Shown here piece by piece: positions 1 through 13,358 of a stretch of 38,932 nt of DNA. Position numbers and translations under genes: made by a program. Below the pieces are notes generated by a model. It saw only the letters and a list, made by a program, of their open reading frames with translations, had not been told where the DNA came from and made no database searches. The stretch is from positions 1-38,932 of IMG/VR virus record IMGVR_UViG_3300033562_002159. One strand, given 5' to 3'. The first letter of the stretch is position 1. Every line of letters begins with the position of its first letter. This DNA comes from a virus (lineage: Duplodnaviria > Caudoviricetes).

Positions 1-117
1 AAGCTACTCAATTTACTTTTATGTTTATGTATGCTGTAGTAGTTCAAGTAGGAGCAGTTGCAGTAGTTAGATTAGTTGCAAAATCTATTGCAGCTGAACT
101 TGTATTTCAAGAAACCA
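1..117. repeat. Terminal direct repeat copy 1 (circular assembly overlap)
   Basis: 1-117 is identical to 38816-38932. Confidence 0.97.
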
Positions 118-2716
118 TAGTTATTAAACTTCAAGTTGTTGTTACTCATTGTGTTAGAGTAAGAACAGAAACTGTATCTGTAAGAGTTCAAGCTGTTTGA
201 GTTGCTACATTTTCAAGTTTTAAGACACTTCATTGAGTTATAAAAGTTCATCAAATATTATTTACAATATTTTCTCTTCTTATATATGTAGAATTAAAAT
301 TTTGAGTAAGAGAATTTGCTGAATATTGCGAATGAATTCATCAAAAAACATTTAAATCTATAGTCCTTGAAGCATTATCTGTACTCCAAGAATGTATAAA
401 AGTTCAAGGCATTACTCAAGTTATTAATAATCAATGGTCTATTAATCTATCACCTCATTTAAAAATAGCATAAGCTCTTTTATTTGAAGAGCCTCACATT
501 CAATAAGGACTATTATTATTTGCTGGATTAAATCAAGTCCACATTCTTAAAGTATGTTGGTCGTAGTTTATTTTTATACCACAACCACTTTCTCAAGCAT
601 TATATGGAAGTCTATAATTAGTTATATCAATTGTTGGCACTTGAACTGCTGATGTTCAACTTCAAGTTATTTCTATTGCTTTTCAAGTTGATGTTGTGCT
701 TTGATTTATTTTTAATGCAACTAAAGAACTTGAAGCATTAAAAGCATTTATCAATAATCAAGTATGTCATTGTGCTGATGTTCAAGTATCTATCTTTTGC
801 ATTACTGTTGCTCAAGATTGTGTATTTGAGAGAGTGTAGTTTACTAATCAATATGTAGTTGTATTTATACTAGCACTACCATAAACTCAAAAAGCAGTTC
901 ATCAAACTCAAGATTGATTTATTAATAAACCTCATCAATTTGCTCAAGTTCAAGTATTTCAAGGAATATATGTTGTTTCTTGATTATCTATAAAAATTCC
1001 TCCATTAGTTCAACTTCAAGCATTATTTTTATTAAAAATAGCTAAATGTATATGATTGTTTGATGAACTAGTGTTAAAATTACTTCATATTAATATTCAA
1101 GCAGAAACTTGTTGAACTTTTTGTGTATTAGCAATATAATTATTTATATTAATTGCTCAATAAAATCAAGTAATTCTATCAGAATTAATATTTAAAGCTA
1201 TAGCACCTGTTGTTGATATTCAAGTATTATAATTAGCACAAATACTAGTATTTATTTGAGTATTTCAAATTATAGAACTAAATCAAATCGTTCAAGCACT
1301 TGCATTATCTCAAATAGTCGTAGTTGTTCAAGTTCAAGTAGTTCAAGTTATACTATCTCACCAAGCTAATCATCATCAAGCAAATAACACTCAATTTTGA
1401 TATAAATCTCAAGTAAAGTTTATATCTCAAGTTACATCTAATTTATATCAATTATTTGTAGTACTTCAAATAGAAACATTTCATCAAGAATGAAATCTAG
1501 TTGATAAAATTCAATTAGTATATAAGTCTAATGGAAGTGCATCAGTAGTTCAAAGTTTCATTATTTTTCAAGTTGATAACACTGCATTATCACTACCATC
1601 TAAAAGAAATGATAATCAAGAACTTCATCTATATATAGTCGCATAAGTTCAAGCAAAAGAGGCATCATAAATATCAAATAAATGAGTTGGTACAACAGTT
1701 CAAATTCAAACACTTCAAGCAGTTCAATTTGCTAAAATTTTCATTCTATCTCAAGCAGAAATTCTAAAATTTATACTACTTCAAAGTGCACTTGCATTTA
1801 TTTGTAAAACTCAAGAAGTTGTTTTTTCAAATCAAAATAAAGCAGACGGTGTAGTAAGTTTTACAACAGAACCTGAAAATGATTTTATTCAATCAATAGT
1901 TTCATCTCAAGTTGTATGGACTAATCAACTATTTGTATTTGCTGAATTATCTCAAGTATTAGTTCAAGAAGTATTTCATAAAACTATTTTTTGTTCTGGA
2001 GTTACAAAAACTCTTGTTAATGTCTCTGTTATTTGGTCGGCTGTATAATCTCACGATTGAGCTGTAATTATTCAAGTTCTTCAAAAAATTGATGAAACTA
2101 AATCTGTTGGAGTTAATAATTCTTTCCAAGAAGTAAGAATTGAATAAGTTCACGACAATATAAAAGTTTTATTTAAATCAATTCTTATTGCTACATCTCA
2201 AGTTTCTGCTGTTGAAAGTGCTAACATTTCAACTTCAGAAGTAACGATAAAAGTATCTGTTATTGCTAAGGCTGGTAATTGTAATGGATTAATTTTTCAA
2301 TTTAAATCTAATCAAACATATCAATTAATTTGATCTTTGTTTGCTATATTTTCAGCAGTATATCATAAAGCATTTTGTTTTGCATTCCATGTTGATTTTT
2401 CTGTATCTGTTACAAGTCTATGAGTAGAATCATCAGACAAAGAAGCAAGAGTTGTAGGGATTAATAAACTTGTTTCACTTTTTGAATAAACATTTAAATT
2501 TGTTCTTGCTATTTCATAATTTGATAATCATAAAAGATTTTCACTTTTAAACATATCTCAAACACTAATCCATTCAGTATCTAGATTAACATTACTTTTT
2601 TTAGCTAAAACTTGTCAAATTAATCATCAATCAATTAATCAAACTCAAGCTGGTCATTGTGTTTCAGTAGTTACATTGATAATATAATCATCAATAGTTA
2701 CATTTATATCACTCAT
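1..2716 (-). CDS. Long tail fibre / receptor-binding protein (~914 aa; continues across the circular junction to TAA at 38787)
   Basis: MSDINVTIDD...GGLIGQVLAKKSNVNLDTEW; GYVGLDLNGKINPLQLPALAITDTF; SIFGRTGIITAQSGDY; GSVGIGT fibre motifs; Gly/Thr/Ser-rich with TGA=Gly. Confidence 0.85.
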
Positions 2717-2720
2717 ATTT

Positions 2721-3044
2721 TTAAGTTATTTGATAAATAATAGTAAAAGCTCATCTTAGAAATGTTCTAACAAATCAAATAGAATCAATCCATTCAATAT
2801 CATAGTAATAAATTCAAGTATCAATTTTCATATCTTCACTTGTTATCATTATTGTAGCCACTCAATTAATAGTATCAGTTATTATTGCACTCCTTTGTAT
2901 AATAAAACTAACATCATTAATATTTTTTTTAACTGAAAAAGTAATAGTACTTCAAATCAAATTAACAGAATTTCAATTATTGTCTTTAAAATTTAAAGTT
3001 TGTTGAAATGTATCTCATTTTACATAAGTGTAATTATATTTCAT
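2721..3044 (-). CDS. BppU-like baseplate/fibre-adaptor protein (107 aa)
   Basis: MKYNYTYVKGDTFQQTLNFKDNNGNSVNLIGSTITFSVK...GIYYYDIEW...RTFLRGAFTI, typical of the BppU N-terminal family. Confidence 0.75.
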
Positions 3045-3077
3045 TTTTCTATAAATATATAAATAAAATTTAAGTTA

Positions 3078-4076
3078 TTATTGCTTAATTAATTGAACAA
3101 AATTTTCAAAAGCCTCTAATTCAAGTAAAGTTGTTTCTTGAGTATAATTAATTTTTGTAATTAGTAAGTTATAATTTAATACTTTATCAATATTTTTCAC
3201 ATTACAACTATTTCAAGGTATTATATTGTAAGCATTTTGATATTTTTCATTATTTATATTTAATTGAATCTTTTGTTTTGGATTTTTATTTTCAATAATA
3301 TAATTATTTCAAAAATCATTTGCAGTATTTAGATCTGCTATTTGACTATTTTTTATATATTTTTCTCTTCTTCAATAAATTGAAAGACTTGTTGTATCTG
3401 TATATATAGCTGTTCAAGTTTTATAAGTTAAAATTAAAAAATTTACTATATCTGTTGCATCTTCTTCAATATTCAATTCTATAATATCTTTTTGCAAAGT
3501 AAATATATGAGTTGCAATTGTTGGCTTTTCTTTAAATCTTAAAATATAATTATCTAAATACCAATAATAATTTTCTGATAAATCTTTAATATTATTTATT
3601 AAATCAAAACAATTATTAAAATCTAAAATATAGTTTCATATTATTCAAGTTAAAATTCAATCAATAGAAAAATAATTATAAAAAGTATTTACGAAATTTT
3701 TAATATCGTTTATAGTTGTATAAGTATCTTGATTTATATTAGCTGAATAATTTCATCCTACATAATAAATTATTCTTTTAAATAATGAAGCTAATCAATT
3801 GATTTTTAATTCTAATTCTTGAAAATCTGTAATTTTATTTATAATTTGCTCAATATATCAAACATAAATTAAGTTAGTTATTTTATTTTCAAAATTATAA
3901 ATCTCAACCAAATCTCATTGAATAAAATCATAATCAAATTTTAAATCTAATAAAAGAGAGAATTGTCATAATCCTCAATTTATTTGCTTTGTAAAAGATA
4001 TTTTATTTTTTACTATATCTAAATTTATGTTAGTTTTAGGAATATGTAATTTATTATAAATTTTAATTTGATACAT
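3078..4076 (-). CDS. Tail tip / baseplate hub-like protein (332 aa)
   Basis: Open in code 25; SFTKQINGGLGQFSLLL...QGDLVEI; lies in the tail module downstream of Dit. Confidence 0.6.
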
Positions 4077-4086
4077 TTTTATAAAT

Positions 4087-5307
4087 TTATGCAATAAGGT
4101 GTGCTACTACACTTAAATTACCAGTAGGACTTCAAGTTTTAGTCCAAGTTATAGAAAATTGTGTAGTTGAAACAAAGCTTACATATCCGAATTGTCAATT
4201 TCACGACTCATCACTTTTTAATCATAATGAATAAGAAGTTGTAGTAGTTGAAGTTGATCACATTAACACTGATTTATTTACATTAGTTTTTCAAGAAAAA
4301 CTTCATTCACTTCAATAACTAACATTTCATGCTCTAGCAGAAAAAATTATTTGTTTTGGTATTTTTCAAAGTCAGTGCGAATAAGTTACAACTCAAGAAC
4401 TTAATGAAGTATCACGAGTAAAAACAATTGTATCATTAACCATTAAATAATTATCTTTTGCTTGTTTAACTGTAATTGGAAGAGTTGTTGAAATTCAAGT
4501 AATTACTTCAGCATCTATTGGTAAATATACAACTCAAGCTTGAGAAGTAGTTGCAGGAATTGGTGAATAATTATCTTTTATTTGTTTTGGTGTCATTGCA
4601 ACTGTATCAATAATTCAAGCCGCAGCTTCAGCATCTGTTGAAACTCTTAAAACTCATTGAAGTGTTTTCGTTGCATATCATAATGCTTTTGTTATATTAC
4701 TTATCGTAACTTTTACATTATTTGTACCATTATATAAAATTGCAAAAAATCAACTCGTAGGAGTTCCCTCTTCTGTTAATCAATTTATACTTACTGTTGG
4801 AGTTTCAAAAGTAGGAGTTGCTGAAGCTCAATTTGATGTTAATACCTTTCAAAGATCTCATAAAGTTATTTCAGTCTCATTTTTACTTCAATTTGAAAAA
4901 AACATCTTCCAAGCATTTAGTAAACCTACTCTAAGTGCTCATTTATTTAACTTATCATTCTCTAATCTAGTTGACTCATCTTGAATATCTATTATAATTT
5001 TACTAGTAATATTTAAATAAAAATAATCACTAGTTAAAAAAGTTGTTGAAGTATCTCAATCATATCATCTAGTAATAGTTAATATATCTCAAGTTCTATT
5101 TGTAACTAAAACTTTCTCACTCTTAGCAACTCAAGAAGTTGGATTATTTGGTGTAATATATTGAACTAAAACTCAAATGAATTGCTGTGAAGTAGGAAAT
5201 AAACTTCATTGTCCTACTCATAAAGTTAAACTTGTTGTACTTGCTCAAATTCAGGCATCTATTTGTCAAACAGCATTATCTGTAACTCAAAATTTTTGAA
5301 AAACCAT
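4087..5307 (-). CDS. Tail fibre protein (406 aa)
   Basis: MVFQKFGVTDNAVGQIDAGIGASTTSLTLGVGQGSLFP...EKVLVTNRTGDILTITRGYDG; ATKTLQGVLRVSTDAEAAAG/ATTSQAGVV fibre repeats. Confidence 0.8.
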
Positions 5308-5308
5308 T

Positions 5309-6136
5309 TTATAGATAATTATTGAAATAAGATAAAGTTATGTTAAAATCAAAGATTCAATTTAAATTAATTGTATAGCTATTAATTCATACTTCTAATA
5401 TAGGAAATATTCATAAATAATCAACATTAATTCAATTTATTGTTACAATTTTCTCTTTGCAATCTATTTTTATATTATCTCAATTAATGAAGGTATAATT
5501 AATAGTAATTTCTCTTTCTCAAATACTAAAAACTAAAATATTTGTTCAAGAAATAGAATTTAGTAATATATTTATTTCTGGATTAGTTTTTACACTTCAT
5601 CTATTTGTAATCTCTTCTGTAATTCAAGAAGTTAATCAAACAAAAGATTGATTTTGTTTAGTTAATTCAGTTAAAAATCAAGAAACTAATCTAAATTTAA
5701 TATTAAAATCTAACCAAGTAATATTATAGTGTTGTCTATTGAAAAGTGAATCAATATTTATACAACTAGCTTTTGCTCTTCTAATTGTTCAATTTACTTT
5801 AATGTCAATATTTTTATTATTTTGTCATAATATTTTCTTTAATTCATCAATTTTATTATTTAAATCCTCAGCATTATTCATTTTTATAACTCATGTTAAT
5901 GATATCACTTTTTCTTTAAAAAAATAATTTAACTCTCATCATAAATCATTTAATGGATTAGAATAAATTTCACTACTTATAAAGTGTCAATTATCAAAAT
6001 CAACAACACTTGTAATAATATTTGAATTTTGTAATCAATATTCATTGTAAGTAATATCATCTTGTATAATTATAAATACATTACTTGTAGCTATATAATT
6101 AAATGGCTTAGTATTAAACAGAAATGAATTAAACAT
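5309..6136 (-). CDS. Distal tail protein (Dit-like, 275 aa)
   Basis: Directly after the tape measure gene; EKVISLTGVI...LNNKIDELKKIL pattern and Dit-like C-terminus (FPILEVGINSY). Confidence 0.7.
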
Positions 6137-6141
6137 ATTTT

Positions 6142-8511
6142 TTAACTTATTCAAATATTATAAAGCTTAACTTCGTTTATTAGTGTTTTTTTCAATTTTT
6201 CTATTAATCTATTTTCATCTGCTTCTTTTTGAATAACAACTCAACCTAGATTAATATTTATTGTATTTCATCAATTAATTTTATTATTTGGTGTGATATT
6301 TCAACTACTAATAGGTGTAAATATTTCTGGTCACTTTTCTCAAACAAGATAAGAATTTCATCAATTAACTGGTCATCAAGTTGCTCTAGCTCAAGAAATT
6401 CAAGTAGTCATCTCGTTAGGTCAAGCTGTTAATGTATTTATTTTTTTCAATTTTTCTATCAATCATTCAACACTTATTGTTTGTTTTATAATTCTAGCTT
6501 CAAATAAATTAAAGTAATTATTATCTAAATCTTGTTTTGATTGAATTAAATTCTTATAAGTTATTAATTCCGACTGAATTATTAATTCTTTTTCTTTCAT
6601 TAATCAAACAATCAACTCTTTTTCTTGTTCAATGGATATTTTTTTAAAATTTAGAGTTTTTTGTATTTCTTGTCTTTCAATTTCTGCCTCACTTAGTTTT
6701 TGATTTATTCTATCAATAATTACTTGTGTTTCATTTTTTGCATTTTCTATTCTTTGTTGTTCAATAGCCTCATTTCAAGCATAAGCTTCTGCAAGTTTTA
6801 ATTCTTCTTGCAAAGCTATGATTTTTGCTTGATTTTCTTCTGTTGATTGTTCTTTTTTTAAATCTCATAATTGTCATTCAAGCTCTAAAGCTCTTTCAGC
6901 AACACTAAGTTTTCACTCTCAAGTAATGTTTTTAATTTTTTGTTCTTGTGAAATTAATTGATCTTCAATTTTTTTTAAATCTTTAACTCACTCACTTCAA
7001 ATTTCTTTTAGTTTATTTTTTAATTCACTATATCAATCTCTCAAAGAATATAACTTATCTTTTTGAGTATCAACAACATCATTTAAACTTCAATAAGTAT
7101 CTTTTATACTAGATTGAAGTGTATTTAAATAATCTTTTATACTAGAGAGTCAAGGTCAAGTTCATAATTGATTATATATTGCACTTGCTAATTTTGCACT
7201 CGCTTTATCAATATCAGTATATCATTTACTTAGTCAATCTGTCATCATTTTTATTAAATTTGGCATCCGTTTATCACTATCGCTATTTGGTCATTTTTTA
7301 GTTGGAGAACCAAATCATAAATAATCTTTTATTGATTGAGCTATTTCAATAATTTTTCATTCAACAATCTTAATTCACTCACTTAATCACTCAACAAACA
7401 TATTTAACAAATTACTTCACCACTGTTTAGCATCTTGTATCAAATCTAAAATCCATTTTCATATTATCTCACTAATTTCTAAAAACTTAGTTTCAGTAGT
7501 TTGTTTTAATTCTTGCCAATATTGAGGTATTTTCGTTATAAATATTTGTGTTTGTGCTACTATATATCACAATGCTGATCATAAATTATAATAAGACTCT
7601 ACTAAAAATCATATTACTTTTATTACTCACAATAAAGCAGTTGAAACAATATTAACAAAAACTTGTATATCTTTTTTATTAGTTTCAATTAATATTTGCA
7701 ATTCTCAAATTCATTTACTTACTTTATCAAAAAAACCTCATTCAATTATTTCTCAACTTTTACTAACTCAAATAACTGATAAAAGTATTTGATTAAAAGT
7801 ATCTTTTAATGTTGAAAGTCTTCAATTTAAGGTTTTTGATTGCTTCTCCATTCATCCTACAATTCATTCCATTCATCACAATTCTTGTAAATATCATCAA
7901 ATTGCCTCTTTTGTTTTATGAACCTCAACAGTTTGTCATTTAAAAGTTAATTTTACTTTGTCTCAATTTTGTTCAGCTCTTATTCAAAATTCTTTTAATC
8001 TTTCAAACTCTCAAACAATAGCATCATTATAAGCTTCAACTGTTTGCGAAATTCACTTTCATTGACTTGAAGCTAAATCTCAAAGAGCTGTAAGTGTTGG
8101 AATTAATTCTTGATCTGTAACTCAAGCAATTTGCTTTAACTTTAATGTTACATCAGCTAATTCTGGGAACTCAAAAGGTGTTTTTGCTGCAAAATCACTT
8201 ATTTGATTAAGTATTTCATTTGCCTTTTCAGCACCTCAATATAAATTTTGAAATGCTATGTTTGTTTGTTCAATGTCTCATGCCATTTTTATTGCATAAA
8301 ATCATAATCAAGCCAAAGCACCTCAAACTAAAGTTCATGTAGTTTTTAAAGTATTCATACTTTCAGAAGACATTATAGCTTCTTTATTAAATCAAGTAAA
8401 TCACTTTTGTATATCTCAAAACTTACTACTTATCGTTTTTTCAATATCTTTAATCGGTTTTGTAGCTTTATCGATTGCTTCAATTATAAATTGAACTTTA
8501 TTGTCAGCCAT
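6142..8511 (-). CDS. Tape measure protein (789 aa)
   Basis: MADNKVQFIIEAIDKATKP...; ISDFAAKTPFEFPEL; GEFERLKEFGIRA; GGMEKQSKTLNGRLSTLKD; C-terminal ARATGGPVNGGNSYLVGEKGPEIFTP. Confidence 0.93.
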
Positions 8512-8512
8512 A

Positions 8513-8743
8513 TTATCTCTTGTTAATTTTTAAAGTTTTTTGAAGTGCTGATCTTTTTTGTATAATCAATATACAATCATTATAAAAATCTTTTGAGGTA
8601 TTTAATATATCTTTTTCAGTCCACCCAAATTGCTCACACAACATTATATCATAATATCGCTCAATATATTTCTTATTTTCATCATTTATAACAATATTTT
8701 TATTACTTAAAATTAAATCAAATATTTGATTTTTTTTTATAAT
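8513..8743 (-). CDS. Tail assembly chaperone, C-terminal (gpT-like) part reached by -1 frameshift from the upstream gene
   Basis: Open frame that starts at the A9 run in the -1 phase; YYDIMLCEQFGWTEKDIL motif; lies immediately before the tape measure gene. Confidence 0.7.
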   Translation of the reverse strand: MIKKNQIFDLILSNKNIVINDENKKYIERYYDIMLCEQFGWTEKDILNTSKDFYNDCILIIQKRSALQKTLKINKR

Positions 8744-9015
8744 TTTTTTTTATCTTTTGACTTTATTTGATTTAATAATGGATTCATTACTTCTAATATT
8801 TTTTCTATTAAATTAAGCAATAAATCAACACTAAGTTTATTTATTTTTTCTTCTATATTTGAATCTATTGCAAAAGCTTTAATAAATCCAATTCATAATT
8901 CAATATGATCTACTTCTTTTTTCAAAAGAGGTGTAAGTTTTCTAAGATGTCAAATTGTTAAAATATCATCTACATCAAGTTCTATTTTTAAATCTCAAAT
9001 CTCTATAATTTTCAT
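8737..9015 (-). CDS. Tail assembly chaperone gpG-like (92 aa)
   Basis: Between tail tube and tape measure genes; ends GAT AAA AAA AAA TTA TAA (slippery A9). Confidence 0.75.
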
Positions 9016-9039
9016 AATGTTTTAAATTAATTAATAAAA

Positions 9040-10275
9040 TTAAGCTGTATATACTGTTCAAGCTTGATTATTTAAAATTGTCATTTGTAAAGTTCTTCAA
9101 TCAGTATTATCATAAAAACAAGTTCATTCAACATTTACTGCATATAAATCATCTGTTCAAGTTGGCATTAATGCTGAAGTAATTCTTAAATCTGAAATCT
9201 CAAGCTTAATTGTATATTTAAAATTATTTGTGTCATTTATTCAAATAACTTCATTATTACTAATGGTAAGAATACAAGCTTGCTTCTCCATTGCTAAATA
9301 TTTATCTCTTTCTTCTATATTTTCAAAATATTTAGTAAATGTTAGTTTAGCTATATATCATTTTGGAGCTATAACTGATGGACTTGCTCTTAATGACCCA
9401 AATCTTTCTTCAAGTTGATTTTCGTAACTAAAATCCCAATTTTCAATATTTTCTTCAGTAGTTAATGCTGCAGTTATTAAATTGCTTCAAAATTGAAAAT
9501 TACAATTCACAAAACTAAATGGCTTACAAACTCAATAACTTGGTATTTGAGGCACTAATTCAACCTTTGCTTTATTAGTTACTAAATAACTAGCTCATAA
9601 AGTTGCTATTTGTATTGTTTTTGCTGAAGTAGTGATTGTAGTAATGGCATCAGTTTCATTCTTAGGTGTATTATCAAAGATATTTACTGTATCACTAATA
9701 GTTAATCACTCAACAGTTTCAAGAGAAATATCTACATTTGATCAAGATGTAACATCTCAAATCAACAAACTTCTTTGAAATACTCAATGAGCCTTCATTG
9801 CAACCTCCATATTAATTATTCAATCACTTCAAGAAAGAGTTAATGTATCAACCATAGTTCAAAAAGATCTATCAACTTGGTAATTTTGTAAATTATTAGT
9901 AGTGTCTGAAAGATTTCACTTTCATTGTTCTAAAGTAAAGCTAGGAAGTGAATTTGCAACACTTAATACATGTTTATATACTTGACTTGCAGTACTTCAC
10001 ACATCTGTTGTTACTATATTTCACAATGCTCAATATAATAAATATAGTGACTCAATAGCATCCAAATCAAAATTATAAGTTCATTCTGTTGTTATTTGTC
10101 ATTCAACTGGACAAATAGCATTAGCTCTATTATTCATTATTGGATTGTTTTCAATAATTGTTTTATTAACTTCAATATCTCAATCTTTAAATTTTAAAAA
10201 ATGAGTAGGTTTTTCTGCAACGGATGTAATAGCTTCTTTTTTTAGAGCTAAATACGAAAGTCTTGAACTTGACAT
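9040..10275 (-). CDS. Major tail tube protein (411 aa)
   Basis: MSSSRLSYLALKKEA...VYKHVLSVANSLPSFTLEQ; position upstream of chaperone and tape measure; no sheath gene seen. Confidence 0.8.
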
Positions 10276-10299
10276 AATATTTAAAATAATAAAATAAAA

Positions 10300-10482
10300 T
10301 TATTTAGACTTTTTAAAAGTCTTTTTTGAAGAAATTTCATCTTCTTCTACAAATTCTTTAAAATTTGGATTTTTTAACAATAAAACTCAAATAGAATTAT
10401 CAACTTCTCTTATTTCTTTCTTTCAAAAAGAAGGTATTCAAGTCACACACTGAATTTCATTACTAATATTTTCAATTAACAT
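10300..10482 (-). CDS. Small hypothetical virion-module protein (60 aa)
   Basis: MLIENISNEIQCVTGIPSFGKKEIREVD...LLKNPNF; fills the gap between tail completion and tube genes. Confidence 0.65.
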
Positions 10483-10503
10483 AAAAATAAATTAAAAAAT
10501 AAA

Positions 10504-11001
10504 TTATCTATTTCAAACCACATTAACACTTAATAAGATTATTACTTCGTAAGTAGGGAATAATCTAGTATTAAATAAATTATAATTTACACTTAAAATC
10601 TTAGCTAATTGACAAGTATTGTTTCAATTATATGGAAGTTGAAAATTTTTCTCAATTATACCACAAATAGAATTATCAACTGTTTCAAAATTAAATGTAT
10701 TTTCAATTTTTTTAATACTATCTTGAATTATAGCAACTTTTTCAATTTCTGGATTTTCACTAAAAAAAGATTTTGCATTATGTATAAGTTTTATTTCAAT
10801 TGAGTGATTTTTTTGGTCATATCTTGAACCTCTTTGAATATATTCACTATTGGTAGGATTTATAACTAATGCAGGCAAACTAGATTGAGGTATATTTATT
10901 GGATCTCAATAATAAACATTTTTAATATCACTTAAATTAGATTCAGTTAAAAGAATTGCTTTTTTCAATAATTGTTGAATTGCTAATATGACCAAATCCA
11001 T
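10504..11001 (-). CDS. Putative tail terminator/completion protein (165 aa)
   Basis: IKNVYYGDPINIPQSSLPALVINP motif; extends ORF-track 10624..10878 through TGA codons; neck-tail position. Confidence 0.65.
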
Positions 11002-11032
11002 ATAAATAAAATAAATAAGTAAAATTTTTATA

Positions 11033-11061
11033 ATAATAATAAAAAAAAAAAAAAAAACAAC
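11033..11061 (-). promoter_or_regulatory. Putative promoter G-TTGTTT-N16-TATTAT whose spacer is a T17 run
   Basis: Same GTTG/16-bp spacer/TAnnnT geometry as the other promoters; upstream of the tail genes. Confidence 0.45.
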
Positions 11062-11079
11062 TATAATTATAATTGTTTT
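11041..11079 (-). terminator. Rho-independent terminator
   Basis: AAAACAATTAT-AATT-ATAGTTGTTTT hairpin running into a T17 tract at the end of the gpG-like gene. Confidence 0.6.
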
Positions 11080-11549
11080 CCAAAAATTTTGATATCGTTA
11101 TTTATTTTCATTTGAAGAGTTTTTATTATTTTATCATTTACTTTATTTGATAAATCAATAATTGCTCTTTTCGGTAAATTTAATCATCAATTTTGATGGT
11201 ATATTGCATAAGGTGCATTATATATCAAAACTCAATTTTTATTTGTTGCTTCTTTAGTTATATTTTCTTGTAAATTTCAAGTCCATCTTAAAATTCAAGG
11301 ATTATTTGGTGTTTTTTTATAATATCACCACCTTTTTATTCTAGCTTTTTCAACTCTTGGTGTTAACTTTCTCCATTTAGGATTTTTTTCTACATTACTT
11401 CATTCTTTTTCAAATACCTCATCAGTTCTTTCTTTAATAATATCTAATGATTTTTCAAAAAAAGGTTTTAGGTTTTTTAAATTAATAGCTACTAGTCTGA
11501 GATTTCTTGATAATTGTATTTGTCAATTAACTTCAAATTTAATCTGCAT
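11067..11549 (-). CDS. Mu gpG-like virion morphogenesis / neck protein (160 aa)
   Basis: PKWRKLT...ILRWTGNLQ...NAPYAIYHQNGGLNLPKRAII, the signature of this family. Confidence 0.85.
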
Positions 11550-11610
11550 TTTTTATATTGTTTATAAAAATAAATCACTTTTATTAATTTGTAGTATTAT
11601 TTTATATGTA

Positions 11611-12072
11611 TTAAAATTCCATATTAGTAGTGAAAGTAGGCTTTAGATTAAGATTATCGTCAGGAGTTGTCATTACTATACCTCAAGCAACAGCTATTGA
11701 TTTTTTACTAAATTCATTAAAATTTACATCAAATAAATTTGTTTTTCATTCAGTAATTTCTTGAAGCATATTAAGGGCATCCTTTTTCTTAATATATCAA
11801 TCTTTATCTGTTCCTCTTGAATCTATTCAATATTCATTGATTAATAAATAACCACTCGCTAATATTGTTTCTATTCTTTGTAAAAAACTTTCAGCTTGTG
11901 ATCAAATAAACAATAATCAAGTTAAATTATTTGCATTATAAATTGTAGCAACATAACTTAATAATACTCAATTTGCTTGTATTAAATATCAATTGATATA
12001 ATTATCACTAATGTCTGAATTTCAATTAAATCAACTTTCTGCTCTAATTGAATCTACTGTTGTAAATAACAT
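11611..12072 (-). CDS. Head-to-tail adaptor, Mu gp36/DUF1320-like (153 aa)
   Basis: FTTVDSIRAE...YLIQANGVLLSYV...KKKDALNMLQEITEGK pattern; position before the gpG-like gene. Confidence 0.7.
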
Positions 12073-12094
12073 ATTATTATAAATTAAAAATATA

Positions 12095-13357
12095 TTAAAA
12101 TAATTCTTTCCACCTTAAACTAAAATCATAAGTTCAAGAAGTTCATAAAGGTGTTTTTATCGTTAAAATTAAAGTTTCTTGTGGCAATAATTCTAAAACT
12201 TGTTTTTCTAAATCACTCATTAATATTCTATCAACTTTTCATAATGGTATTCAAAATAATAAAATTCAAGTATTGTCTGTAACAGTCATATTAGTTGAAT
12301 ATTCAATAGTCGAGTCATTAATACTAATATTAGTCCAAGTAGGAGTATTTGTAATAGTCATATTTTTTCTAAGTTCCCAACTACTAGATTTTGATAAATC
12401 AGCATTAAAAGAAAGCAAAGTAAATAAGGATTGAATATAATTTGTAAGAGAATTAAATTCATCTCTACTTCTGAACATTACTACTCTCAATGTTCAAGCT
12501 ACAATAGTTTGTTCAGTTCTAACAAAAGAAAATAATCTACTTGCTGGGTCTTCTCATCATCAATCAACTATTCAAGCTGAAAAACTTCAAGTTTTTACAA
12601 TTATATTTGTATTATTTCAAGTATTAGCTACTTCAAGTCTAGGTTGTAAGTTTGTATTTGTGATATGAGTAACTATTGCAGAATTAGGATATTGCATTTC
12701 ATATAATTTAGTCCATCATCAATTTGGAAGCATAACCTCAAAATGAATAGTAGCAAATCAAAGATAACCAAAACTTATTCTGTAAATATTTCATTTTGTA
12801 GGGTTAAATCAATCAAAAACATCATTTAAAGTTATTGTATAACTTGTATCAATTCAAGCTCTTCTTCTTGTAACTTTAAAATCTATTCATTCAAATCAAA
12901 TAAAAAATCAATTATTATCATCAAATATTCAAGACCTTTGATAACTATCAGCAACTCATTGAGTAAAAATTGTAGTAAATACTATAAAAGCTTCGTGTCA
13001 CGGCAAATATCTTAAAGCTTTTTTATTTATTATACAAGCACTTCAAGCAATATTAGTTCCTGTAGTTAAAGTTAACATTGATTCAATTATTGAAATAGTT
13101 CATCAATTAACAATCATTGGTGTAGCACTTCAAGAAGGGAATCAATATTGAAATTGTGCAGCTATTTGAGCTTTTCTTATTCATATTATTTTTTCTCAAA
13201 AAACAGTATTAAAACTCATCCTATTAGAAATATCAACATTTTGAGTTTTTTGTAATCAGTTAATTTGATTATCTTTTGTTGCTGGATTTATTATATTTCA
13301 ATCACTATCAGCACTTACATCTAATTCTGGAATAATATTTTTTGTTCAAATTACCAT
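12095..13357 (-). CDS. Beta-rich putative virion structural protein (420 aa)
   Basis: LRYLPGHEAF...GIFDDNNGFFIGFEG...FNPTKGNIYRISFGYLGFA motif; located in the head operon. Confidence 0.7.
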
Positions 13358-13358
13358 A

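Noticed and set aside
1959-2153. 64-aa minus-strand ORF from the track
   Set aside because: It is an alternative frame inside the tail-fibre gene
1-5307. Diversity-generating retroelement or invertible fibre cassette
   Set aside because: No reverse transcriptase, invertase or template/variable repeat pair was seen
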